The translations under genes were made by a program, and so were the position numbers. Shown piece by piece: positions 1-10,033 of a DNA stretch of 64,000 bases (positions within the stretch are counted from its first letter, which is position 1; the number at the start of each line of letters is the position of its first letter). Under the pieces are notes generated by a model that was not told the origin of the DNA, searched no databases, and was given only the letters and a program-made list of their open reading frames with translations. The stretch comes from an uncultured Actinomycetes bacterium. Lineage in GTDB: Bacteria > Actinomycetota > Actinomycetes > S36-B12 > CAIYMF01. The stretch covers positions 6,294 through 70,293 of the forward strand of contig CAIXFH010000020.1 in NCBI GenBank assembly GCA_903918645.1, read 5' to 3'.

Positions 1-1
1 C

Positions 2-601
2 TTTCCGGCGGCAGTCGAGGACGCCATTGCCGCTTTCGCCTGGGCGGTCAGCCATGCCGAAACGCTGGGGGCTGATCCCACTCGAGTCGTAGTGGGCGGA
101 GACAGCGCTGGCGGCAATCTCGCCGCCGTGGTCGCCCACTCAACCCGCGACTCTGGGGCTGCGCAGCCAGCAGCTCAGTTGCTCATCTACGCCGGTACCC
201 ACGTGCATTGCAAACGAACATCACGCGCGATGTTCGACGACGGCTTCTTCCTCGACGGTGCAGATATCGACTGGTACTGGGATCGATACTCGGACGACTC
301 GACCCACCCAGAGGACCCGCGACACTCACCGCTACTTGCGGGCGACTTCCGTGGCTTAGCCCCCGCGGTAGTGGCCACGGCTGCGTTCGATCCGCTGCGC
401 GATCAAGGGGAGGCCTACGCGGCTAAGTTGCGCGCGGCCGGAGTTCCGGTAGCCGTGCGGCGCGCCCAGGGTCAAGTGCACGGCTACTTCAGCATGACCG
501 GCCTCATCGACAGCGCATGGGACGAATCTGTGGCTCTTGCTGGTGCCTTTGCCGCGTTGGTCGACGCAACCAGCCCGCCGCAGGGACCAAGCTCCGGTTA
601 G
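2..601 (+). CDS. Alpha/beta hydrolase, HSL-family esterase/lipase (5' truncated by window edge)
   Basis: Frame is open from base 2 (FPAAVEDA...). GDSAGGNL nucleophile elbow, DPLRDQG Asp motif and HGYF His motif. Confidence 0.9.
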   Translation, partial: FPAAVEDAIAAFAWAVSHAETLGADPTRVVVGGDSAGGNLAAVVAHSTRDSGAAQPAAQLLIYAGTHVHCKRTSRAMFDDGFFLDGADIDWYWDRYSDDSTHPEDPRHSPLLAGDFRGLAPAVVATAAFDPLRDQGEAYAAKLRAAGVPVAVRRAQGQVHGYFSMTGLIDSAWDESVALAGAFAALVDATSPPQGPSSG

Positions 602-664
602 GAAGTTGGGCCAGGAAGTTGAACTGAGAACTCGGGCTAGGAAGTCGAGCTAGGAAGTTGAACG
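598..664. repeat. Four degenerate copies of YYAGGAAGTYG between convergent stop codons
   Basis: ttaggaagttg, ccaggaagttg, ctaggaagtcg, ctaggaagttg. The last copy is the 3' end of the DinB gene. Confidence 0.7.
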
Positions 665-1114
665 GGGAAGAACGAGCGAGGCTCGGTGCTCCTCGTCATG
701 GGCGAGTTGAGCAAAGACCAGCCCGGCAACGTCGATTTCCCCGAAGGTGTCGTGCTGCGCTGTGGCCGCCCACTCCTGTGGCGTGAGATCACGTAAGCGC
801 ATGAGCATGGCGATCCGGGTGGCCATCGCTCGGGCGCCAGCATCATCGATCAACACCTCGCGGTAGCGCTCGAGGGTGCCGGTCGTGTCGGGTTCCCACC
901 ACTGAAAACGTGGAGCCTCCTGGTGAGCCGCGTGGGCAGCGACCATCAGCTCGAGCCTGGGCAGCCACACAGTCTCATCAACATCGGCGATGTGGCTGAG
1001 CACCACTGCCGCGGGCCACAACTCCGAGTCAGGTTGCGCAGCCCTCGCTGAATCGATGAGCCGATCGATGCTCATGACCAGTTCGACCATGAGCACGGAC
1101 GTCGGATTCGCCAT
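650..1114 (-). CDS. DinB/DUF664-like four-helix metal-binding protein
   Basis: 154 aa with VLSHIADVD and AHDEEH His motifs typical of the DinB superfamily. Confidence 0.75.
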   Translation of the reverse strand: MANPTSVLMVELVMSIDRLIDSARAAQPDSELWPAAVVLSHIADVDETVWLPRLELMVAAHAAHQEAPRFQWWEPDTTGTLERYREVLIDDAGARAMATRIAMLMRLRDLTPQEWAATAQHDTFGEIDVAGLVFAQLAHDEEHRASLVLPRSTS

Positions 1115-1225
1115 GAGGATGAGCGTAGATCCTGGCGCTCACTAGGTCACACTGTGGGCAAATGGTTGGGCGAGCGACCAAGACCTAGGACAACCGCAGA
1201 ACTGCCCAAGAGCTTAGGAGTCCGG

Positions 1226-2194
1226 ATGTCCAGCGACCGAGCGGTAGGCGACCGAGCGGTAGGCGGCCGAGCAGAAGTCAGCCGAGCAGTAGTCATAGTG
1301 TCCGGCGGCGCTTCTATCAGTCCTTTCACTACACCCTCCGAAGCGGCCCGAACAGGCTTCGCCGCGGGCAGCACCGATACTGCGCTGCGCGAACATCTCC
1401 TCACTGCTGGGTATCGCGTGTTCACCTCCCCCGCCGCGCTTGGAGCCGGACCAGCCGAACGCGATGAGGGATTTGCCGGGTTCGACGATGTGCCGCTTCT
1501 TCTCCCAGCTGCACTCACAGTCAACGCTGCCGGGTCAATCCAGGATGCGGGCGCCAGCCTTGCCGCTTTCCTCACTCACCTAGCACGTGAGTACGACGTT
1601 GCCACCGTCGACCTAGTCGGCCATTCGATGGGTGGCCTGTTCTCCCGCGCTGCGCTCCCGGTGCTACGCGAGAACGGTTCGCCTGTGCAGATCGCCTCCC
1701 TCACGACAATCGGAACACCATGGGAAGGCGCGTTCTCGGCGGACTTCGCACTTGGTGACCTTGCCTTCGAAGCAGCCTTGGACTCGATCCCTACTCAGAC
1801 CTCGATGCGCGAGTTCGCACTGCTGGCCGAGGTGTCGTCTGAGGGGGCGAGCCAGGAGGTCACTCGACGCTATCTCGCTGGAGAAGCTGGGTGGAACGAA
1901 CGGCAACGCGGAGTTCTCGACGACCTGCCCGTGGTGCTCATCGCGGGCGACTACTTCAGCGACGACGATGGTCAGCCCGAGATCTGGCCACACGACGGCC
2001 TCGTCTCGCGCCACAGCGCATTGGCACTGGGTGTTTCGCCCGAAGTCTTGCCACCGCATGGCGCTCATACCTTTCCCGACGTACACAGCATCTACTTCAC
2101 CGATCGCCTCGGCCTGCCGATGGAACGCGCACTCACCTGGGATCCCGACGTGTTGGCAACTGTCGTCGGCGCCCTTGAGATGGCGCGGAGCTAA
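1226..2194 (+). CDS. Alpha/beta hydrolase (lipase/PGAP1-like esterase)
   Basis: GHSMGG nucleophile, TIGTPWEG, HDGLV and a C-terminal His. Start moved to ATG 1226 and uncertain. Confidence 0.8.
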   Translation: MSSDRAVGDRAVGGRAEVSRAVVIVSGGASISPFTTPSEAARTGFAAGSTDTALREHLLTAGYRVFTSPAALGAGPAERDEGFAGFDDVPLLLPAALTVNAAGSIQDAGASLAAFLTHLAREYDVATVDLVGHSMGGLFSRAALPVLRENGSPVQIASLTTIGTPWEGAFSADFALGDLAFEAALDSIPTQTSMREFALLAEVSSEGASQEVTRRYLAGEAGWNERQRGVLDDLPVVLIAGDYFSDDDGQPEIWPHDGLVSRHSALALGVSPEVLPPHGAHTFPDVHSIYFTDRLGLPMERALTWDPDVLATVVGALEMARS

Positions 2195-2261
2195 CAAGGC
2201 GTTCGCACCACCCACGTCAATCGACTTACTGCCGCATCGCACTAGCGATAGCGTCACAGGC

Positions 2262-2873
2262 ATGGGAGTGGGTAACGGCACTAGTGCCGGCATCGGCATC
2301 GCCGTCATCGTGGTCGCGGGTGGCCGAAGCACTCGGTTCGACGGCGACAAGTTGGTGACGCAAGTCCATGGATCGCCACTGCGTCAGCACGCTATCGATG
2401 CCGCGTTACGACTCACCGACAACGTCGTCGTTGTCGGACCGTCTGATCCCAGTGTCGCGGTGCGAATGGTGCGTGAGGACCCCGAGTTCGGCGGACCATT
2501 CGCGGCGGTCGCTGCCGGCGTGAGCGCGTTGGATCTCGCACCTGATGACATCGTCATCGTCTTGGCCGCCGATTTGGTCGACCCCGGGCCAGCGCTGCCG
2601 GCATTGATCGATGCGCTCGCCAACCACGGGCCAAACATCGATGCCGCAGTGCTCGTCGACTCGGGCCACCACCGGCAGCCGCTGCTCTCTGCTTTCCGAG
2701 CCGCCCCGCTACAAGCCTTGCTCGCCGCTACCGATCCTGTCGGCAGACCCGCGAACCAACTCTTCGATGGTCTGCACGTGATCGAGGTGTCGGATCAAGG
2801 TGGCTGGGCGCGCGATATCGACACCGCAGGCGACCTTGCCGACGAGATCGCCAGACCGCCACAAAACCCCTGA
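2262..2873 (+). CDS. mobA: MobA-like NTP transferase (molybdenum cofactor guanylyltransferase family)
   Basis: VVAGGRSTRFDGDK nucleotide-binding motif, REDPEFGGPFAA and RDIDT. Real start is ATG 2262 inside track ORF 1632..2873. Adjacent to moeA. Confidence 0.75.
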   Translation: MGVGNGTSAGIGIAVIVVAGGRSTRFDGDKLVTQVHGSPLRQHAIDAALRLTDNVVVVGPSDPSVAVRMVREDPEFGGPFAAVAAGVSALDLAPDDIVIVLAADLVDPGPALPALIDALANHGPNIDAAVLVDSGHHRQPLLSAFRAAPLQALLAATDPVGRPANQLFDGLHVIEVSDQGGWARDIDTAGDLADEIARPPQNP

Positions 2874-2945
2874 GTTCAGTCATCGTTCTCGCCCGCCCGG
2901 CGGGTCGATCGCTCACCCTCGGTCGAACGGCGCGACACTGAAGTC

Positions 2946-4169
2946 ATGACCCGGGAAGAACTCAGTTGGAGCCGTGCGCGACGAGCTGCCCGAGACTGCG
3001 CGCAGCCTCTGCCCGTCGTGGAAGCAGGCCTCGCTGATGCTGTTGGCTCAGTGCTCGCCCGAACACTGGTCGCCGAAACTCCACTGCCTGCCTTCGACGT
3101 TGCAGCGATGGATGGCTACACCGTGGCTGGGCCGGGCCCATGGCTGGTCGTGGGTGATCTGCGCGCTGGACAAACCAGCGATCGACTCGCTGACGGTACG
3201 GCGCTACGCGTCGCTACCGGCGCTGCCTTACCGGCCGGAGCCGACGCAGTGCTACGCCGCGAACGCGCACTCGTCCTGGACGATAACGACGGCGAACGTC
3301 TCTACGTCGGTGATCCGGCAAGTGGCCGCACGGCACCGCACCCCGGTTACGTCGAGCTCGGTAAGGACATCCGGATACGCGGTCAAGAGTGTGCCGAGGG
3401 CGACCTCCTACTCGCTGCGGGAGGCGTGGTTACCCCTGCCGTTGCGGGGATGGCCGCCGCCGCAGGCTATGACTTCCTATCGATAGTCCGTCCGCCCAAC
3501 GTCTCGTTGCTGATCCTCGGCGACGAACTCCTCGACCGCGGCACATCTCGCGATGGACGGGTGCGCGATGCACTCGGACCCATGTTGCCCGGCTGGGTCG
3601 CCTGGGCGGGTGGGCGTGCGTTCCCACCAGTTCGCGTTCCCGATGAAATCGATGCACTCGTCAGCCAGATCGACGATGCCAATGCCGACGTCATCATCAC
3701 CACTGGCTCGACTGCTGCTGGCCCAGCCGACCACTTGCACGCAGCTCTTGATCTGTTGGGCGCCAAGTGGATTGTCGATGGTGTGCACGTGCGGCCCGGG
3801 CACCCGATGTGCCTGGTGACCTTGCCCGATGGACGCCATGTAGTGGGGCTCCCGGGTAATCCGCTTGCTGCAATCTCAGCTGTGCTCACCCTCGCGGTGC
3901 CTTTATTCGCGGCAATGCGCGGTGAAGCAGGCGCCGACGAGGCTCGCATCGAGCAGGCACTACTCGACGCCGACGTCACACCACACCCCGACGCAACGCG
4001 GTTACTCCCGGTGCGCCGTCAACGCGGTGACCTCGTCGTCACGGCTACACCCACCCTGCATGCAGGTCCGGCGATGCTGCGCGGCCTGACACTTGCCGAC
4101 GGCATGGCCGTGATCCCCCCCGGCGGCGGCGCTCGCGGCTCGCTCATCGACGTCCTGCCACTGCCATAA
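2946..4169 (+). CDS. moeA: Molybdopterin molybdotransferase MoeA family
   Basis: PAFDVAAMDGY, RVATGAALPAGADAVLRRE, ILGDEL, RPGHPM and GLPGNP motifs. Confidence 0.9.
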   Translation: MTREELSWSRARRAARDCAQPLPVVEAGLADAVGSVLARTLVAETPLPAFDVAAMDGYTVAGPGPWLVVGDLRAGQTSDRLADGTALRVATGAALPAGADAVLRRERALVLDDNDGERLYVGDPASGRTAPHPGYVELGKDIRIRGQECAEGDLLLAAGGVVTPAVAGMAAAAGYDFLSIVRPPNVSLLILGDELLDRGTSRDGRVRDALGPMLPGWVAWAGGRAFPPVRVPDEIDALVSQIDDANADVIITTGSTAAGPADHLHAALDLLGAKWIVDGVHVRPGHPMCLVTLPDGRHVVGLPGNPLAAISAVLTLAVPLFAAMRGEAGADEARIEQALLDADVTPHPDATRLLPVRRQRGDLVVTATPTLHAGPAMLRGLTLADGMAVIPPGGGARGSLIDVLPLP

Positions 4170-4247
4170 CCCGACGAGGTGCGTGGCCGCCATCAATTGA
4201 GCAGCGCTGGATCAGCAGGCAGAGTTGCACCTCCATCACGTCTACAC

Positions 4248-4376
4248 GGTCACTGTCGTGACTACAACGCTACGGTCACTGTCGTGACTACAACGCTACG
4301 GTCACTGTCGTGACTAAGACCGGGTCACTGTCGTGACTGAGACCGGGTCACTGTCGTGACTGAGACCGGGTCACTG
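4248..4376. repeat. Tandem minisatellite with core GGTCACTGTCGTGACT, periods 26,26,23,23,23 bp (5 full copies and 1 partial)
   Basis: Core starts at 4248, 4274, 4300, 4323, 4346 and 4369 (partial). Each full core holds a GTCAC-N4-GTGAC inverted repeat. Confidence 0.95.
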
Positions 4377-5378
4377 CATTGGCCCCAGCGCAATCGGGGC
4401 CCCCTGGCGTCCATCGGTACCCGAATGGCCATCGCGGTCGGCGCTCTGATCGCGACGACCCTGCTTGTCTGGATCGAGCGGACGGGGTATTACGACACGA
4501 ACGGGACCCCGATCGGCTTCATCGATGCTTTCTATTACGCAACAGTGTCGCTATCCGCGACTGGCTTTGGGGACATCACGCCGGTTACCGACTCGGCGCG
4601 CCTAGTCAACATCTTTCTCATCACGCCCCTGCGCTTCATCTTCTTGATCACCCTGCTGAGCAGCACCTTCGAGGTACTCACAGAACGCAGCCGCGCCCAG
4701 TACCGCACCAAACGATGGAGGTCACGAGTGAAAGACCACACGGTTGTCGTGGGTTACGGTGTCGAAGGCCGAAGTGCTGTCAGCGCTTTACTCGATCAAG
4801 GCATGGCCCCAGCCGACATCATCGTGATCGAGAGTAACGAGGCTGCGATCACCGCGATCACCGAACTCGGCGTCGTTGGCGTTTTGGGCGAAGCCACGCG
4901 TGAAGACGTGCTGCGTATCGCGGCCGTAGACAGCGCGAGCAGCATCATCGTTACGGCCGAACGCGATGACACAGCCGTGCTGGTCGTGCTTACCGCCCGT
5001 CGGCTCGCCCCGCAGTCCAGGATCGTCGTCGCCGCACGCGAAGGTCAGAACATCCAGGTCTTCAAGCACAGCGGCGCAGACACCGTGATCCCAACAGGTG
5101 AATCGGCCGGTCGTTTGCTGGGGCTGTGCCTGACTTCTCCCGTCGCCGGACAACTAGTCGAAGACTTGCTTGAGCCAGTCGCGGGCCTAGAGATCATTGA
5201 GCGCGAGGTTACGGACTCCGAACGTGGCTACGCCCCTGAGTCGCTAGTCTCGAACAAGGACGTGGTACTCGCCGTCATCCGAGCCGGGGTCGTTCATCGC
5301 TTCGACGAACAAGGTGTGGCAGCGCTCGAACACGGTGATCGCATCGTGGTCATCAGACCAAGACCGGAAAGGACATAG
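4356..5378 (+). CDS. Two-TM potassium channel with TrkA-N/RCK domain (MthK-like)
   Basis: Pore signature ATVSLSATGFGDITP, followed by a Rossmann VVVGYGVEG RCK domain. Confidence 0.9.
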   Translation: MTETGSLHWPQRNRGPLASIGTRMAIAVGALIATTLLVWIERTGYYDTNGTPIGFIDAFYYATVSLSATGFGDITPVTDSARLVNIFLITPLRFIFLITLLSSTFEVLTERSRAQYRTKRWRSRVKDHTVVVGYGVEGRSAVSALLDQGMAPADIIVIESNEAAITAITELGVVGVLGEATREDVLRIAAVDSASSIIVTAERDDTAVLVVLTARRLAPQSRIVVAAREGQNIQVFKHSGADTVIPTGESAGRLLGLCLTSPVAGQLVEDLLEPVAGLEIIEREVTDSERGYAPESLVSNKDVVLAVIRAGVVHRFDEQGVAALEHGDRIVVIRPRPERT

Positions 5379-5380
5379 CC

Positions 5381-6358
5381 ATGCAGGCGATCGTCATCGT
5401 GAAGCCAGGCGATCCTGAGGTCCTCACGTGGACTCAGGTACCTGATCCTGTTCCGGCCGCCGGCGAAGTCCTCATCAAGGTTGCAGCGTCGGCAGTGAAT
5501 CGTGCGGATCTGCTACAGCGCCAAGGGTTTTACCCGCCGCCGGCTGGCGCACCGCCGTACCCTGGCCTCGAATGCAGCGGCACCATTATCGCGCTCGGGG
5601 CTGGCGTCACCGACTGGTCGATCGGCGATCAATGCTGCGCGCTGCTGTCCGGTGGCGGATACGCCGAGCAGGTCGCCATCCCGGCCAATCAAGTGATGCC
5701 GATCCCAGCGGGTGTTGATCTCATATCTGCTGCAGGACTGCCTGAAGTCGCATGCACCGTCTGGTCGAACATAGTTCTGTCGGCTCGCTTGCACGACGGC
5801 GAGACCCTCCTCATCCACGGCGGTGCGAGCGGGATTGGAACCTTCGCTATACAAGCTGCGAAAGCCCTCGGCGCCCGAGTTGCCGTCACTGCGGGCAGCG
5901 AGCGCAAACTCGATGCCTGCCGCGAACTTGGCGCCGACATCACGATCAACTACCGCGATGCAGACTTCGTGGCCGCTGTCCGTGCGGCAACCGATGGCCA
6001 GGGCGCAGACGTCATCCTCGACAACATGGGTGGCTCGTACCTCGCGCGAAATGTCGAAGCGCTAGCTCTCGGCGGACGGCTGGTGGTGATCGGTATGCAA
6101 GGCGGGGTTCGAGCCGAACTCGACCTAGGTCAGCTCATGGCCAGTCGGGCATCGGTTACGGCCACCTCGCTGCGCGCCCGACCAAACTCGGAGAAGGCAG
6201 CCATCTGCGCGGCCGTGGTCGCCGACGTATGGCCGCTGATCGCTGCCGGCCAGATCAAGCCAATCGTCGACCGTGTGCTGCCAATGCCGCAGGCAGCAGA
6301 AGCGCATCGCCTCGTTGCCGCGAGCGAGCACATTGGCAAGGTTCTTCTCGCGACCTGA
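5381..6358 (+). CDS. NAD(P)H-quinone oxidoreductase, PIG3/zeta-crystallin family
   Basis: VNRADLLQRQGFYPPP, GGGYAEQV, LIHGGASGIG and HIGKVLL motifs. Confidence 0.92.
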   Translation: MQAIVIVKPGDPEVLTWTQVPDPVPAAGEVLIKVAASAVNRADLLQRQGFYPPPAGAPPYPGLECSGTIIALGAGVTDWSIGDQCCALLSGGGYAEQVAIPANQVMPIPAGVDLISAAGLPEVACTVWSNIVLSARLHDGETLLIHGGASGIGTFAIQAAKALGARVAVTAGSERKLDACRELGADITINYRDADFVAAVRAATDGQGADVILDNMGGSYLARNVEALALGGRLVVIGMQGGVRAELDLGQLMASRASVTATSLRARPNSEKAAICAAVVADVWPLIAAGQIKPIVDRVLPMPQAAEAHRLVAASEHIGKVLLAT

Positions 6359-6398
6359 GCCAGGCTCCGATATCGCCTGTGCCGGTTGGAGTTACGGA

Positions 6399-6905
6399 CT
6401 ACCGAGCCGCCCGAAGCGCCGCAATGCGGCGTGCGAGATAGGGCGAGAACCAACCCTCATACTTGTCTTGCAAGTCGCTTTTGGCCCAGTCCATGCCAGT
6501 GACAATCCCGCGACATGACGGCTCGCCGCACAGGCACGTGAACTCGTCGTAGTCGCTTGAATCGCAGGTGGCGTAGTCGAAGGTGAGTTCCTCACCCGCC
6601 GCGATATCGCGCATGGCAATCAAGACAGTTGCCCCTACCAGCCCGCATGAAGGTTCGCACGAATGGTTGAGCATGTCGCCCGCCTCGGGCGTGATGTCAG
6701 AGACCAGGTAAAGGTCTTCGGCGATCTGGATAGAGCGGCCTTGGCGATCATGATCGAAGGTCTCAAGAGTGTCGTGGGTGACGACCCAGCCACCGAATCC
6801 GGCGACCGTCGTTCCAGCGGGTATGGGTGCGGTGGCGAATGAGCCCCAGCCCTTAGCCCCTACCGGGCGAGCTTGCGCTCCTGGGAACAACCAGTTGTAG
6901 TCCAC
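6399..6905 (-). CDS. SET-domain protein with post-SET zinc motif (putative lysine methyltransferase)
   Basis: KGWGSFA, LNHSCEPS, GEELTFDY and CLCGEPSCRG. GTG 6905 is preceded by an AAGGAG RBS. Confidence 0.85.
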   Translation of the reverse strand: MDYNWLFPGAQARPVGAKGWGSFATAPIPAGTTVAGFGGWVVTHDTLETFDHDRQGRSIQIAEDLYLVSDITPEAGDMLNHSCEPSCGLVGATVLIAMRDIAAGEELTFDYATCDSSDYDEFTCLCGEPSCRGIVTGMDWAKSDLQDKYEGWFSPYLARRIAALRAAR

Positions 6906-7140
6906 GTAGCGTCTCCTTCGACCTTCGCCTAGCCCGGTGCCCCAATGGGTCCGGTGCCTCTCAACGCTCACGGGTCTGATAGCCGTTGCGTGCCACGTTG
7001 ACACGGCGTGCGGCAGATAGTGCATCACACTCAAATGACGAGCGCGAAACGCGGTACCCCTCTAGGCAGCCGAATGCCGCAATCCGGACAGGTATCGCCA
7101 GACGACAGCGCATGGGGAATCGCGGTGGTTTGATGAATGC

Positions 7141-7707
7141 ATGAGCGATTCACATTCGTCGTATCCCGACGATCAACGACTCATCATCATCGGTGCCGAT
7201 GGAAAACGGCCGGCCGCCGCCACCCGCGAGCCGGCTGAGACCAACCTCCCGGCTGGCATCGCGCAGATGGTCGAGCAGCCCGCGAAGGTGATGCGCATCG
7301 GCTCGATGATTAAGCAGTTACTTGATGAAGTCCGCAGTGCGCCTCTCGACGAGGCCGCGCGGGCACGCCTTCGCGATATCCATCGACGGTCAATCGTTGA
7401 ACTTGAAGAAGGACTGGCACCAGAACTCGTTGCCGAGCTCGAACGCCTTTCGCTACCGTTCGAAGACAATCGGGTACCCAGCGATTCCGAACTCCGCATC
7501 GCCCAGGCTCAACTCGTGGGTTGGCTCGAAGGGCTCTTTCACGGCATCCAGACTGCATTGATCGCTCAACAGATGTCAGCGCAGAACCAAGTCGAGCAGA
7601 TGCGTCGAGGCGCTATCGGGCCTAACTCGCAAGATCAGGATGCGCCTTCAGCCCCCGGCGTCTTCCCGCCGGTTGATTCAGCCACGGGCAGCGGCCTCTA
7701 CCTCTAG
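7141..7707 (+). CDS. bpa: Bacterial proteasome activator Bpa/PafE
   Basis: VEQPAKVMRIGSMIKQLLDEVR, ELRIAQAQLVGWLEGLFHGIQ and C-terminal GLYL (HbYX-type tail). Confidence 0.93.
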   Translation: MSDSHSSYPDDQRLIIIGADGKRPAAATREPAETNLPAGIAQMVEQPAKVMRIGSMIKQLLDEVRSAPLDEAARARLRDIHRRSIVELEEGLAPELVAELERLSLPFEDNRVPSDSELRIAQAQLVGWLEGLFHGIQTALIAQQMSAQNQVEQMRRGAIGPNSQDQDAPSAPGVFPPVDSATGSGLYL

Positions 7708-7808
7708 TGGCTGCCCTCACCTCTCACCCCACTACCGCGTCGGCCCGCGAACGTGTCGACCCGACAACACGGCAATGGCTTGGCAGCCGCGCGCACTAGG
7801 CTCTGCCT

Positions 7809-9122
7809 GTGATTGATCTCAAAATTGTGCGCGAGGATCCCGAGCGAGTACGTGCATCACAGCGTGCCCGCGGCGAGGATCCGGCCATCGTCGACCAGTT
7901 GCTTTCGGCTGACGAACGCCGTCGCGGGGCCGAGGTGGCATTCGGTGCACTGCGCAACGAACAAAGGGAACTCGGCAAGTTAATCGGCCCACTGCAAGGT
8001 CAGCTGAAGAGGGCAACCGACGACCATCGTGCCGGAGTCCAGGCCGAGATTGACGCCCTCATGAGCGGAGCGTCTGACCTTTCCAATCGAGTCAAGCTTG
8101 CTGAGTCAGACCGTGACACCGCGGATCTCGAGACTGCAGCTCTAGTAGCCAAACTTTCGAACCTGATTGATCCAGGCGCCCCCATGGGCGGTGAGGACGA
8201 CTTCGTAGTTCTCGAACACGTCGGCACGCCGCGCGACTTTGCGGCGGAGGGCATCACAGTTCGCGACCACGTCGAGCTTGGCGAGATCCTCGGTGCCATC
8301 GACATCGAGCGCGGTGCGAAGGTGTCCGGCTCTCGGTTCTATTACCTCACCGGAGTCGGCGCGCTACTTGAGCTCGCGTTGGTCAATCATGCGATCGCGA
8401 TGGCCGGTCTCAACGGTTTCATCCCCATCATTCCGCCAGCCTTGGTCAAGCCCGCCGCGATGGAAGGTACGGGGTTCCTGGGTCAGGCGGCTGAGAACGT
8501 CTACCGCCTCGAAGCCGACGACATGTATTTGGTCGGTACAGCGGAGGTACCCCTCGCGGCCTATCACTCGGACGAGATCCTCGAGATCGACTCGCTACCT
8601 CGTCGCTACGTCGGCTACTCACCCTGCTTCCGCCGCGAGGCGGGCTCGCATGGCAAGGACACTCGCGGCATCTTCCGTGTGCACTGGTTCGACAAGGTGG
8701 AGATGTTCACCTACTGCGCACCAGAGGATGCGCTAGATGAGCATCAGCGACTCCTCGGCTGGGAGCGCCAGTTCCTCGACAGTCTCGAGGTACCTTACCG
8801 CGTAATCGACGTGGCATCAGGCGATCTCGGCTCCTCGGCTGCCCGCAAGTTCGACATTGAGGCTTGGATTCCCTCGCAGGAGCGCTACCGCGAAGTGACG
8901 TCCACCTCCAACTGCACCGAGTTCCAAGCGAGGCGCTTACGGGTGAGATTGCGCGATAGCGATGGAGTGCGGCCACTGGCAACCCTGAACGGCACCCTCG
9001 TCGCGATCACTCGCACCATCGTCACGCTCTTCGAGAATCACCAGCAGGCCGATGGATCTGTGTATGTGCCACTAGCACTTCGGCCCTACCTCGGCGGACG
9101 CGAGTTCCTCGTACCGGTCTAA
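7809..9122 (+). CDS. serS: Seryl-tRNA synthetase
   Basis: [12 protein letters not shown] start, coiled arm, [35 protein letters not shown] and EVTSTSNCT. Confidence 0.98.
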   Translation: MIDLKIVREDPERVRASQRARGEDPAIVDQLLSADERRRGAEVAFGALRNEQRELGKLIGPLQGQLKRATDDHRAGVQAEIDALMSGASDLSNRVKLAESDRDTADLETAALVAKLSNLIDPGAPMGGEDDFVVLEHVGTPRDFAAEGITVRDHVELGEILGAIDIERGAKVSGSRFYYLTGVGALLELALVNHAIAMAGLNGFIPIIPPALVKPAAMEGTGFLGQAAENVYRLEADDMYLVGTAEVPLAAYHSDEILEIDSLPRRYVGYSPCFRREAGSHGKDTRGIFRVHWFDKVEMFTYCAPEDALDEHQRLLGWERQFLDSLEVPYRVIDVASGDLGSSAARKFDIEAWIPSQERYREVTSTSNCTEFQARRLRVRLRDSDGVRPLATLNGTLVAITRTIVTLFENHQQADGSVYVPLALRPYLGGREFLVPV

Positions 9123-9181
9123 CTTGTTCACTGGCAACAGGTCGAGCGGCGGCGCACTGAATCGCACGGCATGATGGACGC

Positions 9182-10033
9182 ATGAGCCCTGCCGATTGGC
9201 GCACGTTGACCGAGGGCATCGCACTGATTGCCACCGACCTTGATGGCACCTTGGTGCGGCACGATGGCTCGGTGTCGCAATTCACGGTCGACACCCTGGC
9301 CCGGGCTCGCGCCGCCGCCCTACCCGTGGTGTTCGTCACGGGTCGGCCACCACGCTGGATCCCGCCCGTGTCTGACGTCACTGGTCACCACGGGGTCGCC
9401 ATCTGCGCCAACGGTGGCCTCCTGATCGATATCGCCACCACGGCAGTCATCGAGTCCTACCCGATCTCGCCCGAGGCGCTGGAGAGCGTGGTGACCGTCC
9501 TCCGCGCGGAGGTGCCGGGCATTGCCTTCGGTGCCGAGTGGGTGCCAACCCCCGATGCTCAGCCATTCGCCCATGAGCGGGCCTACCAGTCGAAGTGGCC
9601 GGTGCCCGATGCCGTCACCGATGCCGACGTCAGGGAGTTCACCAGCGGACGCAGCGTCACCAAATTGCTAGCCCGGATCAACGACCCGACACACCATGTC
9701 GACGCCTTCTTGAATCTGGCGTTGCACCATGTCGAGGATCTCGTTGAGGTGACCCACTCTGACTCCTCCGACGTGCTGCTTGAGATGAGCGCCGCAGGCG
9801 TTACCAAAGGCTCAACGCTCGCTCGATACGCCGCTTCGATCGGTGTCGCGTCCAGACATGCCGCAGCAATGGGTGATATGCCCAACGACGTATCGATGCT
9901 CACCTGGGCTGGGGTTGGACTCGGCATCACCGGAGGGCACGCCTGGGTGATGGAGGCCGCCGATGCGCTGCTCCCGGGGCCGGGCGATGACGGGGTCGCC
10001 CATTTCATCAGCGCCGTGTTGGCCGGCCGCTGA
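9182..10033 (+). CDS. Cof-type HAD-IIB hydrolase
   Basis: IATDLDGTL, FVTGRP, VTKGSTL and GDMPNDVSML motifs. Confidence 0.92.
   Translation: MSPADWRTLTEGIALIATDLDGTLVRHDGSVSQFTVDTLARARAAALPVVFVTGRPPRWIPPVSDVTGHHGVAICANGGLLIDIATTAVIESYPISPEALESVVTVLRAEVPGIAFGAEWVPTPDAQPFAHERAYQSKWPVPDAVTDADVREFTSGRSVTKLLARINDPTHHVDAFLNLALHHVEDLVEVTHSDSSDVLLEMSAAGVTKGSTLARYAASIGVASRHAAAMGDMPNDVSMLTWAGVGLGITGGHAWVMEAADALLPGPGDDGVAHFISAVLAGR

Noticed and set aside
1632-2261. Long N-terminal extension or fusion on the MobA-like protein
   Set aside because: It overlaps the lipase gene out of frame. The family N-terminus begins at ATG 2262.
4170-4230. Guanidine-III-like start (CCGACGAGGTGCG)
   Set aside because: The downstream pseudoknot complement is absent and the adjacent gene is not a guanidine exporter.
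4248-4376. CRISPR array
   Set aside because: The spacers are only 7-10 nt and near-identical, the repeat is 16 nt, and there are no cas genes. It is a minisatellite.
6906-7060. SAM or other riboswitch upstream of the SET gene
   Set aside because: Fragments such as AUCAGA, GAGCGUUGAGAG and a 7-bp hairpin occur, but the conserved GCAAC/GUGC/GAU cores of SAM-I/IV and the yybP core are missing.
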